The position numbers and the translations under genes are program-made. From Selaginella moellendorffii (taxonomy: Eukaryota > Plantae > Lycopodiophyta): DNA of 64,000 nt. Under the pieces are notes generated by a model that saw only the letters and a program-made list of their open reading frames with translations, was not told the origin of the DNA and ran no database searches. Numbering within the stretch: position 1 is the first letter of the stretch; every line of letters begins with the position of its first letter. The stretch lies in contig NW_003314279.1 of NCBI RefSeq assembly GCF_000143415.4, positions 1,873,679-1,937,678 of the forward strand, read 5' to 3'. Positions 39,654-51,184 of this stretch are shown here, one piece after another.

Positions 39654-40561
39654 GAATGCACCTCGGTATCCAAACCTTCCACCGCAGCAGCACCAACGGG
39701 ACGTTGCTGACGCCAAGGTCTCCACCCAGGAAATGGAGGTCGCCAATCCGGAAAGCGCCGACAACGCCGATAAGTATGACCAACTTCATCACACGCCCAG
39801 CAACGAACGTCACGGCCACGACCACGTCCTCGCCCTTGTCCTTGGACTCGAGTAGCAGCAGCATCAACCTCCATGGGAACATGACCATCACTCATAGGAA
39901 GTGGAGCTGAAGGACGTGTAGCAAGAAGTGGAAGAGGCGATGTCTCATAACGTTGTGCCAAGCGAAGAGCATCGTCAAGAGTGGCAGGAGCAAGTGCATG
40001 CATAAGTCCGACAAGATCTTGACGAAGTGCTGGCCACAGCATTCCTAGCTTGATCCGCTCGGACATATTTGGCTCCGAACGAAGCAAAAGACTTCAGAAA
40101 CGAACGCCAAATTGCATCACCAACTCAGATGGCCCTTGGCGAAGACGATGCAATTGTTGGAAAGCATCATCACAATCGTTGGCGTGTCCGAAGGTGCGTT
40201 TGAAGTCGTCCGGAAGAACACTCCAATCGCCACGAGTAGCTGCGCTCAATCCATTGTACCACTGCAATGCCGTCCCTTGAAGACATGTGGGGAACTCACG
40301 CAAATGTCGAGCATCATCCCAAGAATGATATGTGGCAATCACCGTGAAGTGATCGAACCAATGGTACACATCATCCCCAGGATTCCCACGAAAGAACTCC
40401 GGCCGAACGCGAGGATTGGCACCAAAAGCAGGAGGAGTTGTACCATGTGCCGTGAACGCCGCCATCAATTGAGTTTGGTTGTTTAATTGCAAGCGCATAG
40501 CATCAAGCAATTGAACCAACTACTGCTCTAGAGTCAAAGGAGGAGATTGCGGATTGGCCAT
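39629..40561 (-). pseudogene. gag of element C, two premature stops
   Basis: ATG at 40561 (MANPQSPP), TAG at 40520, TGA at 40094. Contains PEFFRG, LQGTALQWY, VPMEVD and the knuckle CWACDEVGHTYRRC. Stop TAA at 39629. Confidence 0.9.
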
Positions 40562-42263
40562 GAAAATGAATGAGAAAGAAAGAGCAAAAGAAGAGAAATG
40601 ACAAAAAGCTGGAAAGAAATGGTAGATCTAGACAATGCAAAAAGCTAGATCTAAACCAAAATCCTGAAAGGAAAGAACAAAAGAAAGGAAATGGAAAAAG
40701 CTAGATCTAGACAATGCAAAAGCTAGATCTAAACCGAAATCCCAAATCCAAGCACTCCCCAGGGACAATCAAAGGTGCCCCTCACTTCCACCAATGTGAG
40801 TGCATGGAATATGGAAAGGGAATACAGAAATGTGCATATCAATTAACCCAAAAACCCTAGCTTATATACAAGAGCGAGTGGTCCGGATTGAAACCAATCC
40901 GACGGCTACCAAAATCCACTACGCTAATATTAGTATACGGCATCGTAGCCGTACACTTGGCCCTCACATAGTGATATTTAAACATGCCATTTGTACAGAA
41001 TATAAGTTTCTTATTATATTTGTAAATACTGTTAAATTAAATTATAAAATATTCAAAGATTATAATACTTTATAAAATAGAATAAGTTCTCTTGTAGTAA
41101 CCCGTTAAACAGAATTTAAATCTCTGCCAATTTTTGATTTTGATCTAGTGATGCCACCAAAGACATATATAACTATCATAGGTACAACTTGTCATTGGTT
41201 AAATTAGCAAGAGCATTGTGTATTGCCACTAGATAATCAAAAATCTTTTAATACCACACTTCCATCACCATGGCAACACAATTAGCAAAACCTACTGTCA
41301 AAGTTTGGCCAGCAGTCAACACCTAATATCCCAATCTTTACACCCATGAATTCACTTGGTAAAGAAAGTAAAAAATTTACTATCTTGGTGACCAAGCAGA
41401 TTTGCCACATGTGAGCTATGAATGCCCCTCCTCTAATGCTAGTGGCTGAAAAACTACATGCCAAGAAATTCTTCAATATGATGCCCAACATAATCCTCTT
41501 GGCACTAGGCACAACAATAAACCTAGAAAAGATCACAAAGAACATTACCATCCAAGTATAAACTCAAACCAAGACTAATTGTCACAACTACTATTGCAAG
41601 TTCTGACTCTTTCACTTTTGCATTTTCTAGAACTTGTGCCACCACCTAAAGAACAAAAAAGAGCTCTAAAACTTCTATTGAAAGGAGAATAGCTTACCTC
41701 ATCAATTGCTTGGTTGTGGTTTAAACATGTTGCTAGAGGCATCACACCACTATATTGTTGAAGCAACTCTGCCTTGAATCCAAAGAAACAAAACAAAACA
41801 GAATAAAAATGAAGAAGAGAGCAAAAAAGTATCTATAATCTCAATGACTTTCCCAAAAAATCTTTCCATTGCTAGTGATTTGATAAGAAGTTTGAGAAAA
41901 TGCAATCTCACTACAAGAAAATCCACTTACAATAGCAGCTCCAATGGTGTCACAACTCATCTTAATTCCCAAAACAAGAAGCAGGCCAATAGTCACAATG
42001 AGAAAAGAATAGCACTGTGCAAGAATTTGCTCATTTTGGGATGAATATGAGGCACCAGTGCCAGGGATTGGCAAGAGTACGTGCCATAGCTCACAAAACC
42101 TTAGATTAAGGGAAAGAGATTCAAATATGAGCTTGAACCACAACCTGAAGTTGCCAATAGTCAAGCTTGCTGTCATCACAAACACTCTCCACTAAACCTT
42201 AAAATTTACCCTTTTGATTTCAATGGGTTTCCATTGCAAAAGGTTGAGTGTCAATATTAGTCA

Positions 42264-42402
42264 ACACTTTGCATATGACATGTGTTGCAACACCTTGTTC
42301 TCTCACCCTAGGTAGTTGGTTGCCTCCCATTGGCTGAGAGTAAATATTAGCATGATTATTCACAAAGACGTGGTTATAGAAATAACTCTTTTACAGTTAC
42401 AC
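42264..42402. repeat. Diverged dispersed repeat of about 140 bp, second copy at about 50975-51113
   Basis: TGACATGTGTTGCAA...CTCTC.CCCTAGG.AGTTGG...CATTGG.TG.GAG...ATGATTATTCAC...TGGTTA.AGAAATAAC.CTTTTA.AGTTAC is shared by both loci. Confidence 0.75.
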
Positions 42403-42484
42403 CCCAACTCAACATTGCCCAGCAAATGCTAGATGAGTATAAAAATCAATAATTTTATACAATTTTTTCCTTATGATATCTCTA

Positions 42485-42561
<77 letters not shown>
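42485..42561. repeat. Compound microsatellite (TG)n(TA)n(CA)n
   Basis: About 28 TA units flanked by TG and CA runs. Confidence 0.95.
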
Positions 42562-42562
<1 letters not shown>

Positions 42563-43697
42563 AACATACAATATTATACAACATAGACCATATATTTAGA
42601 ATATTAATATATTCCCAAAGTGAGAAAAGAAGAATTAGTAAGTGAATATTATACTACTTAGAAATATGAATATATTTAGAACACTAAAATTTTAAGAAAC
42701 TTAATATGCAACCCAGAAAAAAAGTAAAATAAAAATTTCTAGGAATTATTTTTTTTAGTTATTAGAATATAAATATACTTAATACACTCTTAGACAAAAA
42801 AAGTAAATGAAGAATTACTTAAAAATAATTTTATCAATTAGATGCTACATGTAAAGTATGTTTTTACTTGGGATACAAACAAATTTAGAATCCTAAAATG
42901 GTAAGAAAACTAATATATTTCTACCCATACTAATTAATTATTATTAATTTATGGAAGCATTATTTAATTATTATGTGTTTACTTGAAATATAAATAAATT
43001 TATAACTAAAATATTAAGAACATTAATATATTACTCAGATCCCACAGAAGATTGCTCAATTTAAAAAATAGCACTATTGAAAAACTAAAGTCTAACAAAA
43101 ATTATATATACCCTTAAACTCAAACATCTTTATTAGTTAATTTAGCAAAGAATTACTTTGCTATGTGCTTTACTTAGAATATAGAACAATAAAATTTTAA
43201 GAACACTAATACTACTACCCAGAACTAAGAAAATAATTACAAAAAATTATTGTTATTAATATATGTTAAATACAAAATATAAATTCAAAACCTAATAAAC
43301 TATAATCAAAAAATTTATAAAGGTGTTTAATCTGTTTCTATTAAGACTAAGCTAATTGTCAACCTCATGTTTGAAATTTGAGTTTCATCCCTATATGGAA
43401 TTGCTTCAATACATCATTACAAACAAAGAATTGTCTTATCAATTGGTGAGGTTCATAAAGAAGAAAAATGTATGAGAGGCTAAGTGGCATCTTCTAGCTC
43501 CTGTCCAGCAGCCATGCTCACCTTTGTCATTGCTGGTGGAGCTACTGCCACCACTGCTAGGGGCTTGGGAGGAGCACTTGCATCTCGTGCTGGATCTAGA
43601 GCCTATGGCTCCAGGAGATCTAGGAGCCACAGCCTCACTAGCTATTTACTCAAGCATATCACTCTCCTATAGAGCTATGCCCTTTACCTAAAGTAGC

Positions 43698-46600
43698 TGC
43701 CTCTCAATGCTCGCTCAAACATGAGAAATGCTTCAATGCTCTTCACACCCCTTGCCCTTGTGAGGCAAGGGTTTTATACAAGGAAGATGGGGAATATTTT
43801 GAGGACCAGAATATTCCCTCTCTCTCTCTCTCTCTCACTCTCTCAATAGCCACGCCCTAACATGCGACCACGGTGGATCGCGCTGGCTCTAGACTCGTGA
43901 GAACCCTCTAAAAAGTGTAGAGTGTACCTCTGCTACTGATGCCAAGTGCTGGCAGCTGTATGAAATAGTAGAAACTGTAAAAACCAAAGTAGACAAGAAA
44001 GAAAAGAGGTAGGTGTGAAGTTTGGAGACAAGGAGGAAAACCCAGTGGGAAACTCTATAGTCAAATTGGACCCTGAAGTTGAAGAAAAAGTGCAAAAAAA
44101 GTGTGAAAAGAAAGGAGAAAAATAGAGGAAAAAGAGTGAGTACCCAAAGAACTTAACCTGTACCTGGATTTTGGCTCAGGAAAGTGTAATATGCAAATGC
44201 AACCTCTTGATGACTTCTAATATATTCCAAGGATTGACCAAAATCGAGAAAGAAAGAGGGATAGAAGAGGGGATGCATTGCCCAAGGATGGTAAGTGTGG
44301 AAATGATGAAAGATAGAGTGATATAGTGGAGCACTGAGATGGTGGTGGCACTCTAAAAAGGTGGCCATTGATAACCATTGGCATGTAGAGTAAGCGCTGA
44401 CCACTCGGAGTAGCCAATAACCGGTAACCAGGAACTAGTAACCAGTAGCCGGGTACCTATAACCGGTAACCACCTGCTCTCACTCCTACTCTTGCGCCTA
44501 CTCTAGCACCAATATGGTGGAGTGCCGAGAAGGTGGCCATCTCTCAAAGTGTTAGGCCAATGGTCTGATGTGTCGGATTGAAAAAGACAGCAGCTGAAAG
44601 GGATGGCGTAATCACTGGGTTGCCAATAAAGAGAGGTGGCACGTGTCCACTGAGTGCTGGAGTGAAAGAAAGTGGCTTCATCTTATGTGGCCTTGCCTAA
44701 AGATCCACCTAGGTGCCTTGAGTGAACAGGCTCACCCGGTTGGAAGAAAGTCGCTACAGAAAAGCTAGTGCGTCGTTGGCAAATGGTCGTAAGGATATCT
44801 CGGAAATGGCATGTCCAAATGAGGTGGTGTCTTTTGCTGCTGGTGCATGTATGTGTATCTGTGGTATGGTGTAAATGTGACCTCAAGCAGAGATGTGAAT
44901 GATGGTGAAAGAATGAAAGATGCAAGACAGGCATCTAAAGATAAGTGCGGGCAACACTGCTGGAAGTGATTGGTGATGGAACTGTGAGTGTAGATGATAT
45001 GGAATGAGTGAGGAGAATGTGTGAGGTGTAGTAATGGTAAGGGAAGGGCCAAAGAACCTGGAACATAGACCAGGCCAAGCAAGGAACCTCCATACAAACG
45101 GCAATGCAGCCTGAGCACGAAATCCAAGGCATGGGCCATGGTCAATGGAGAAACACCCCCTGAAAGTAAGAAAAGTAGCCATGAAAGTAAAGTGAAAGAA
45201 AGGAAGAAAAAGAAAAAGAAAAAGAAGAGAAGAGGAACACCTCACCGGATGAAGCATTTGAGATGAGAGTGGTTAGCGTGTGGGAGCTCACGTCCATCAG
45301 CATCAACTAGCACATATGCTCCACCTCTGATATGTTGCTGGAAAAAATAGGGGCTAGTCCAGTGAGGGCAGAACTTCGAAGGTGGCGTGAACTCCTTGAG
45401 TAGAACAAGATTGCCATCCTCGAATGGTTCGGTAGACCGTTGGTGATCAATGACTGACTTGATCTTTTGCTTGCCTCGAAGGATATGTTCAGTCATGAAT
45501 CGTCGTTGTTCTTCCAAGGCAAGAACCTCCAAGTCACATGCATGAAGCTTGTCCTCATCGCTAAGCTGCATCGCTGAAGTGAAAGTGAGAGCGATGGCAC
45601 CTAGATCTCCATTGGAAGCACAGCCTCTGTCCCATAGACAAGGGAGAATGGGGTCACAGAAATGGATGTCTTGAAGGATGTCCGAAAGGCCCACAATGCT
45701 GTAACCAAGTGCTTGTGCCAATGCCTCGGGTGATCCTCCACAAGCTTTGAGATGACTGTCCTCAATATCTTGTTGTTGGACTCTGCCTAGCCATTGCAGT
45801 CAGGATAATAGCTACTGCTCTTCACGTGCTTGACCTGCAGCTCCTGGAGAAGATGCTGCATCACCTGTCCAAGGAAGCCGCTGCCTCGATCGAAAATCAA
45901 AACAGCAGGAACTCTGAATCAGTAAATGATGTATTCGTAGACAAAATTTGCTGTAGACTGTTGATTTGCTTGTCGCAGAGGGGTGGCCTCAACCCATTTT
46001 GTGAAATAGTCCATTGCCACGATGATGTATCACTGCCCTTTTGAGCTCGGTGGGTTGATCGGGCCGACGAAGTCAAGTCCCCACTGAAAAAAGGGACCTG
46101 GAGAAGTGATGAGTTGGAAAGGAAGATGTGGAACATGGCTCTGGGGGTTGAACTGTTGGCATTGCTCACATGCCTTTGCATAGGCCAGGCTGTCCTAGTG
46201 AATCCAAGGCCAAAAGTAGCCATGGCACAAGAGGAGCTGTGCTGTGACCCGTCCCGAGAAATGCCCTGCACAAGAGTGGAAAGTGTGAAGGAGATCAGGG
46301 ACCTCGTGTTCCCCACACACCGCAACAAAAATTCCTGAGAAGTCCTCCTATAAAGGTGTCTGTCGAGAAGGCAAAACCCCATGCTCGGATCTCCAATGCC
46401 TTTTGTTGTACTGGTGAGGAATCTGCTGGGAACTGACCTGAATCTAGGTACACTGCAATGTCCTGTAATGCTGCTGGGACCACAAAGGAAGTAGCTTCAG
46501 CAACCAGAAACTCGCTCGGATCCATCACATGCTTCTGCCGCATGTGAAAAGTTGGCTGGAACTCTTGGATGGTCACAATCCAAGATAAAGTACGAGGACT

Positions 46601-49600
46601 GTGAACCGGTCACTGTAAAAGAAAGGTTAGCACGTTAAAATAGATGTGGAAATGGATATAGGCTCTAGCAAGAAAGTGACAAAATTGCTCCAAGGTGTAA
46701 ACAACAGCCACTGCCTCTTTTTCCGCATCCACGTACTTCTTCTCGGTCTCCTTGAACGAATGTGAGGCATAATATGTTGCATGTGGTGGCTTGCCAGGCT
46801 GTGAACATTGGCAAAGGCATACTCCAAAAGCCTCTGCACCCATTGTGATGTAAATTTTGAAAGAGAGTTGTCATTTTGGTGGTTGGAGTACCGGGGGCTC
46901 CACAGTAGGAAATTTTGAACTCAAAGAGCTATAACTTGCATGCAGCATGTCTGATTGGTTTGATTCTTTCTGCCAATTGTGTGTCTGGATGTCTTCTTCC
47001 ATCTCCAACAAATGGCACGACAAAATACGCTCGGAGTCGTCAGCTACCATGATTTTTGTAGGAAGATGCTGGCTGTGTGACACCTCAGATAGTTGCTGAG
47101 GAGGATTGAGTTTGGCTGTGTCCTGTGAAAGATGGACCTGGTCTGGAGTGACCGTGTTGTCAAGCTCCATAAGAGGGAGTTGGTCCCATGCAAGAAACAA
47201 ATCAAGGAGCCCTTCCTCTATCAAGAAACACTCCGAAAAGCTGGATATGGGAGCCTGTACTCTATAAGCCCATCAAATAAAGAGGGCATGGCTAGAGGCT
47301 CGGCCTTACTCTCAAATAAAGAGAGTGAAGCTGAGAGATATCTCGGGCTATCTGACTCACCTCCAACCATGTCAATCACATTGCAAGAGAAAGCATCCGT
47401 CATATAGATGGTCGACTCCACTGCCAACTCAGGAAAAACCTCTATGAGCTCAGGAGGGAAGTGTGGTGTGGAGGCCATCTTAGTCTAAGCCTGCTGGGCT
47501 TGCTGAGAAAGAGCTCTGCCATGGTTGTTGAGAAAGGTGGCACTATAGGTTCCATTGCTAATTTCCATCTTGCTTTTTGCGCTGTCAATAGTGCAATGGG
47601 CTGTGATTTGCCATGAGCAGCCAAGGATGATAGAGTCCTTCAAAGAGGACGTTCCAAGACGTTGATAGTCAACCACGAGGAAATCCACCTCAGAAATAAC
47701 ACCTTGCACAGAGACCTTGACACCACAGCAAATGCCAGCTGGAGGAACGGTGTGGTTGGCGAAGGTCTTGAGCACAATGGAGGAGCTCTCAGTGATCTGG
47801 AGCTGTGCTGAAAGGGCAGCTTCAAGAGAGATAATGTTGCTTCCAGAACCAGAGTCAACCAAAGCATCCACCCTACAAGAGGAAGTACCAATCTGCACTG
47901 GGACGAAGAATGGACTAGGATCTCCACCATATTTTGTCATGTCGACAATGTGCACCTCTTGAGGAGTCCTCTTGAGAGTGCTCTCTGGTGTTCCTAACCG
48001 TGCAAACTCCTCTAAACATTGGCCGAATCCTGGGACAAGACACAACATGTCTCGGAGCGAAAAGCTGATAGGAGTGTCAACCAGGTATTGAAGAACCGGC
48101 TCTAGAACAGGACTAGCTATTGGTGAGATCTCAGGAGGAGAAGGGAGTAGTGACTTGAAGGGGAGTTTACAAGCCACCCTCTATGTCACTAGATTTGGTG
48201 CCGACAGAGATTCACTCTCAACCAACGCTGGGGGATCGATGCCAGGTTGAGCAGTTGCCTTCTTCTTCGCTTGGGCTCGAGTGGCTGCGGTTTGCTGCTG
48301 TTGCCTATAGAGTTCCTCGGCTATCAAAATTGTGTTGACTGATGAGGCTGGTGCCTTGCCTTTGCTTGACAAAGGGGTTGACTCGATCGCTTGTTGCTCC
48401 AACTGCTCCTGATATGTCTCTGGACCCCGAGACAATGTGGAATTATTTGCAAAGGGATGTTGTTGGACACATTGAGAAGATGGAGGCCAAAGCTCTGGGT
48501 GAAGCTTGAAGCAGCACTGCGTGTTGTGTGTGTTCGTCTCACAGTGAGTGCACCAACGGGACTTAAAAATCTGCGTTCCCGAGCTGTAGCAGCCTCTTTC
48601 CTGGACTCCACCAGCTCTTGGAGTAGTTTGTCATGGTGTGATTGTTGCTGAAGAATGATCTCCTTCAGCTGTTGCATCTTGTTGGCAAAGTTCTCAATAG
48701 CCGGAGGTGTATGCTCAATAGCGACGGGCTTTGTTGTGGACGGCCAAAAAACTGCATAAGGTGACTCTGATGGGGTGATGGCTTGGTTGAAATTGACTCT
48801 AGCAATCCCCAGGTTGACAAGAAGCTCTCTTTCCAGCTTCGTGGCGAATGAAAACGCCTTGCAGCAGAACCTGAACGTCTTCTTAAGAATTTTCCGCTGC
48901 AAGTTCTTTCATAGACCCGCTGTGAATGCCGTGATCCCCTGTTGCTCATCTTGGACTACTCTATGATCCCAACACTGCTTCCAGTAAGCTTGAAACCATG
49001 TGATGTAGTCAGGAACAGACTCGTGAGCACCATGCCGGAACGAAAAGAGGTTAACAAGTAGCCAATTCGTGGGTTTTTCTTCAACAAAGTGTTCTCTGAA
49101 AGAAGCAAGTAGTGTCTGGAAGTCTGTCCAGTCCTCTAGGAGGAAAGAATCTACCCAAGTTGCTGCTTTGCCTTCAAGAGACTACAAGAAGTCATGGCAC
49201 ATACGATCATCATCGACGATCATTTTTATGGTGTAGTAGTAATCAAAGCGACTGATATGTGATGTTGGAGAGACTGTTCCAACACTTGAGAATGTTGGCA
49301 GATCACTTCCCTTCTACAGAACATGGAGCTGAGGTCAAGCTAAAGGTGGTTGTGCCATAGCTCGTAGATCTAAGTCACTGGAATCTGCCGAGGATGAAGA
49401 GGACTTGGCCTGAGAAGGTGTTGTGTCATACCTAAGCTGCTTCTAGATGTTAGAAAGTTTACTCCGTACCTTAAGGCCTCGAGGTATGGTAAAAGGGTGC
49501 TAGTTTGTCATACATCTAGTTTGTACCGGCATCAAATACCCTGAACACTGCAAATACCCAGTCAAGGCAATTGGGTTGACAGAAGTGAGAAGACTGTAGG

Positions 49601-50841
49601 CTAATGCTCAAGTTGCTCAAAGTTGCCCAAACTACTTGCGACGAAGAGAAATAAGGTTCGAAATAGAAGGAGATGTAGGTCTCAAGCACACATAACCATT
49701 GACCCGTAGGGTAACCGCCGGAGTAGCAGCTGGAGTAACTGGTAACCGGTAGCCGGTATCCAATAATTGGGGACCAGAAACCTGTAACCGGTAACCTCTG
49801 CTCTCACTCCTACTCCTGTGCCTGCTCCAACACCAACTCCTATCCCTATGCCTGTTCCTACTATCCCTATTCCTACATGAACCCTGTTCCTGGTCCTTCC
49901 TTGAAGATTGCTTCATTCCCAAGGAATTTCCAACAAAGTTTAGCCCAAAGGAGATAAATGAGTGCTTTAGTTTCAATCCTTCCCCATTTTGATTATTGGT
50001 GGGCTTGTTGGAAAGAGCTCAGCCCCGTCTACCCTCTATCGCAGGAATTTGGGAAGAAGCCACCTCAATGTTCCCTAAAATCCATGAAGAGGTAGCCCAG
50101 AACGCCAATATTGTGAAAAAACATGTGCATGTCATTGATGTAGATCAATACTGAGGCGCTGTTGATATTTTTGGAAAGCCTAGGACCAGAAGCACCTCTA
50201 GAAACAAACGGCAGCCAAAACAAAGCCCGGAGGAGCACAAATTCCTGCTACAAAAATGACTCAATCTAGCCGGGGAAGAAAATCCTTTTACATGCTGCTA
50301 ATTTAGCCAAATCTAGCACTAAGAATCACCACTACTCGTAGATCTAGGCTAGATCTACAAGCCCAAATGCATTACTTTGAGAAATTGGGCTAAGGATCCA
50401 AGCGAGAAAGTGAAAACCCTAAAATGTTCATCCGACCGAGCCAAGAAATGTTGTATCTCTTCAAATATTGCATAGCTTAATGAGTGCCATACCTTGCTGG
50501 AAAGAGGAGCTCTAGACCTATCTAACACGCTCAAGATCAAACAAAACCGCCGCAAGACGAACAAGGAATTCCTTCCTAAAGTCTACGGCCAAAAGAAAAA
50601 GAGAAAAATGACGTTTCAGAAAGTGCTACGTGTCATGCCGGGTTCACCATTTGTTAGGGGAAGGAAGGACACCTCCCCCAACGTTCGTTCAAACACGAAA
50701 AATGCTTCAATGCTCTTTGCAAATGCCCCCCCCCCCCTACCCTTGTGAGGCAAGGGTTTTATACAAGAAAGATGGGGAATATTTTGAGGACCAGAATATT
50801 CCTTTTCTCTCTCTCACTCTCTCAATGGCCACGCCCTAATA
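43698..50841 (-). mobile_element. Ty3/gypsy-derived LTR element D lacking reverse transcriptase (gag, PR, dead RNase H, IN)
   Basis: LTRs at 50652-50841 (TGTTAGGG...CCCTAATA) and 43698-43862 (TG[short deletion]...CCCTAACA). Probable TSD GTAGC at 43693-43697 and GCAGC at 50842-50846. tRNA-Trp-like PBS TGGTGAACCCGGCATGA on the minus strand (50649-50633). gag starts at ATG 49358, protease is ALVDSGS, and integrase has WGLDFVGP, DYFTKWVEA and FDRGSGF. Confidence 0.88.
45242..49358 (-). pseudogene. Decayed polyprotein of element D
   Basis: gag (LPTFS..SPTSHISRF, LEGKAATWV), knuckle-like CTHCETNTHNTQCC and PR, then an unassigned spacer of about 600 bp with no RT motifs. RNase H-like PPVLQPPK.QLSFKIYITMG...YYASHSFKETEKKYVDAEKE. 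Integrase runs to KFCPHWTSPY...NHSHLK. Confidence 0.85.
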
Positions 50842-51184
50842 GCAGCAGTGGAGATCCTTCATGCTAGGAGCGACAGTGGCAATTTCTACAGGAAAATCAA
50901 AAGATCTCAAGAAAAATCTGTGGAGATGTGAGTTTTGATAATGATAGCAATTTCAGGAAAGATGCAATTTGGTGAACACTTTTTATGTGACATGTGTTGC
51001 AATGCCTTCCTCTCTCGCCCTAGGCAGTTGGCCACCTCTCATTGGTTGGGAGCAAGCATCAGTATGATTATTCACTAACACATGGTTAAAGAAATAACCC
51101 TTTTATAGTTACCCCTCATCAGACAGCTATGATTGGTTAGATCTGGCAGCCTAGATAGTTCAGCAACTCCTCCTTATTATTATA

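Larger units (their letters stand above)
35959..40968 (-). mobile_element. Ty3/gypsy LTR retrotransposon C, 5.0 kb, short LTRs, near-intact
   Basis: 174-bp LTRs at 35959-36132 and 40795-40968 differ at 4 positions. 4-bp TSD TAGT at 35955-35958 and 40969-40972. On the minus strand the PBS is TGGTGGAAGTGAGGGG (below 40794) and the PPT is GAGAGGAGGGGATGA (36133-36147). No chromodomain. Confidence 0.96.

Noticed and set aside
41280-42190. Minus-strand ORF fragments between elements C and D
   Set aside because: They are short and interrupted, with no recognisable motifs.
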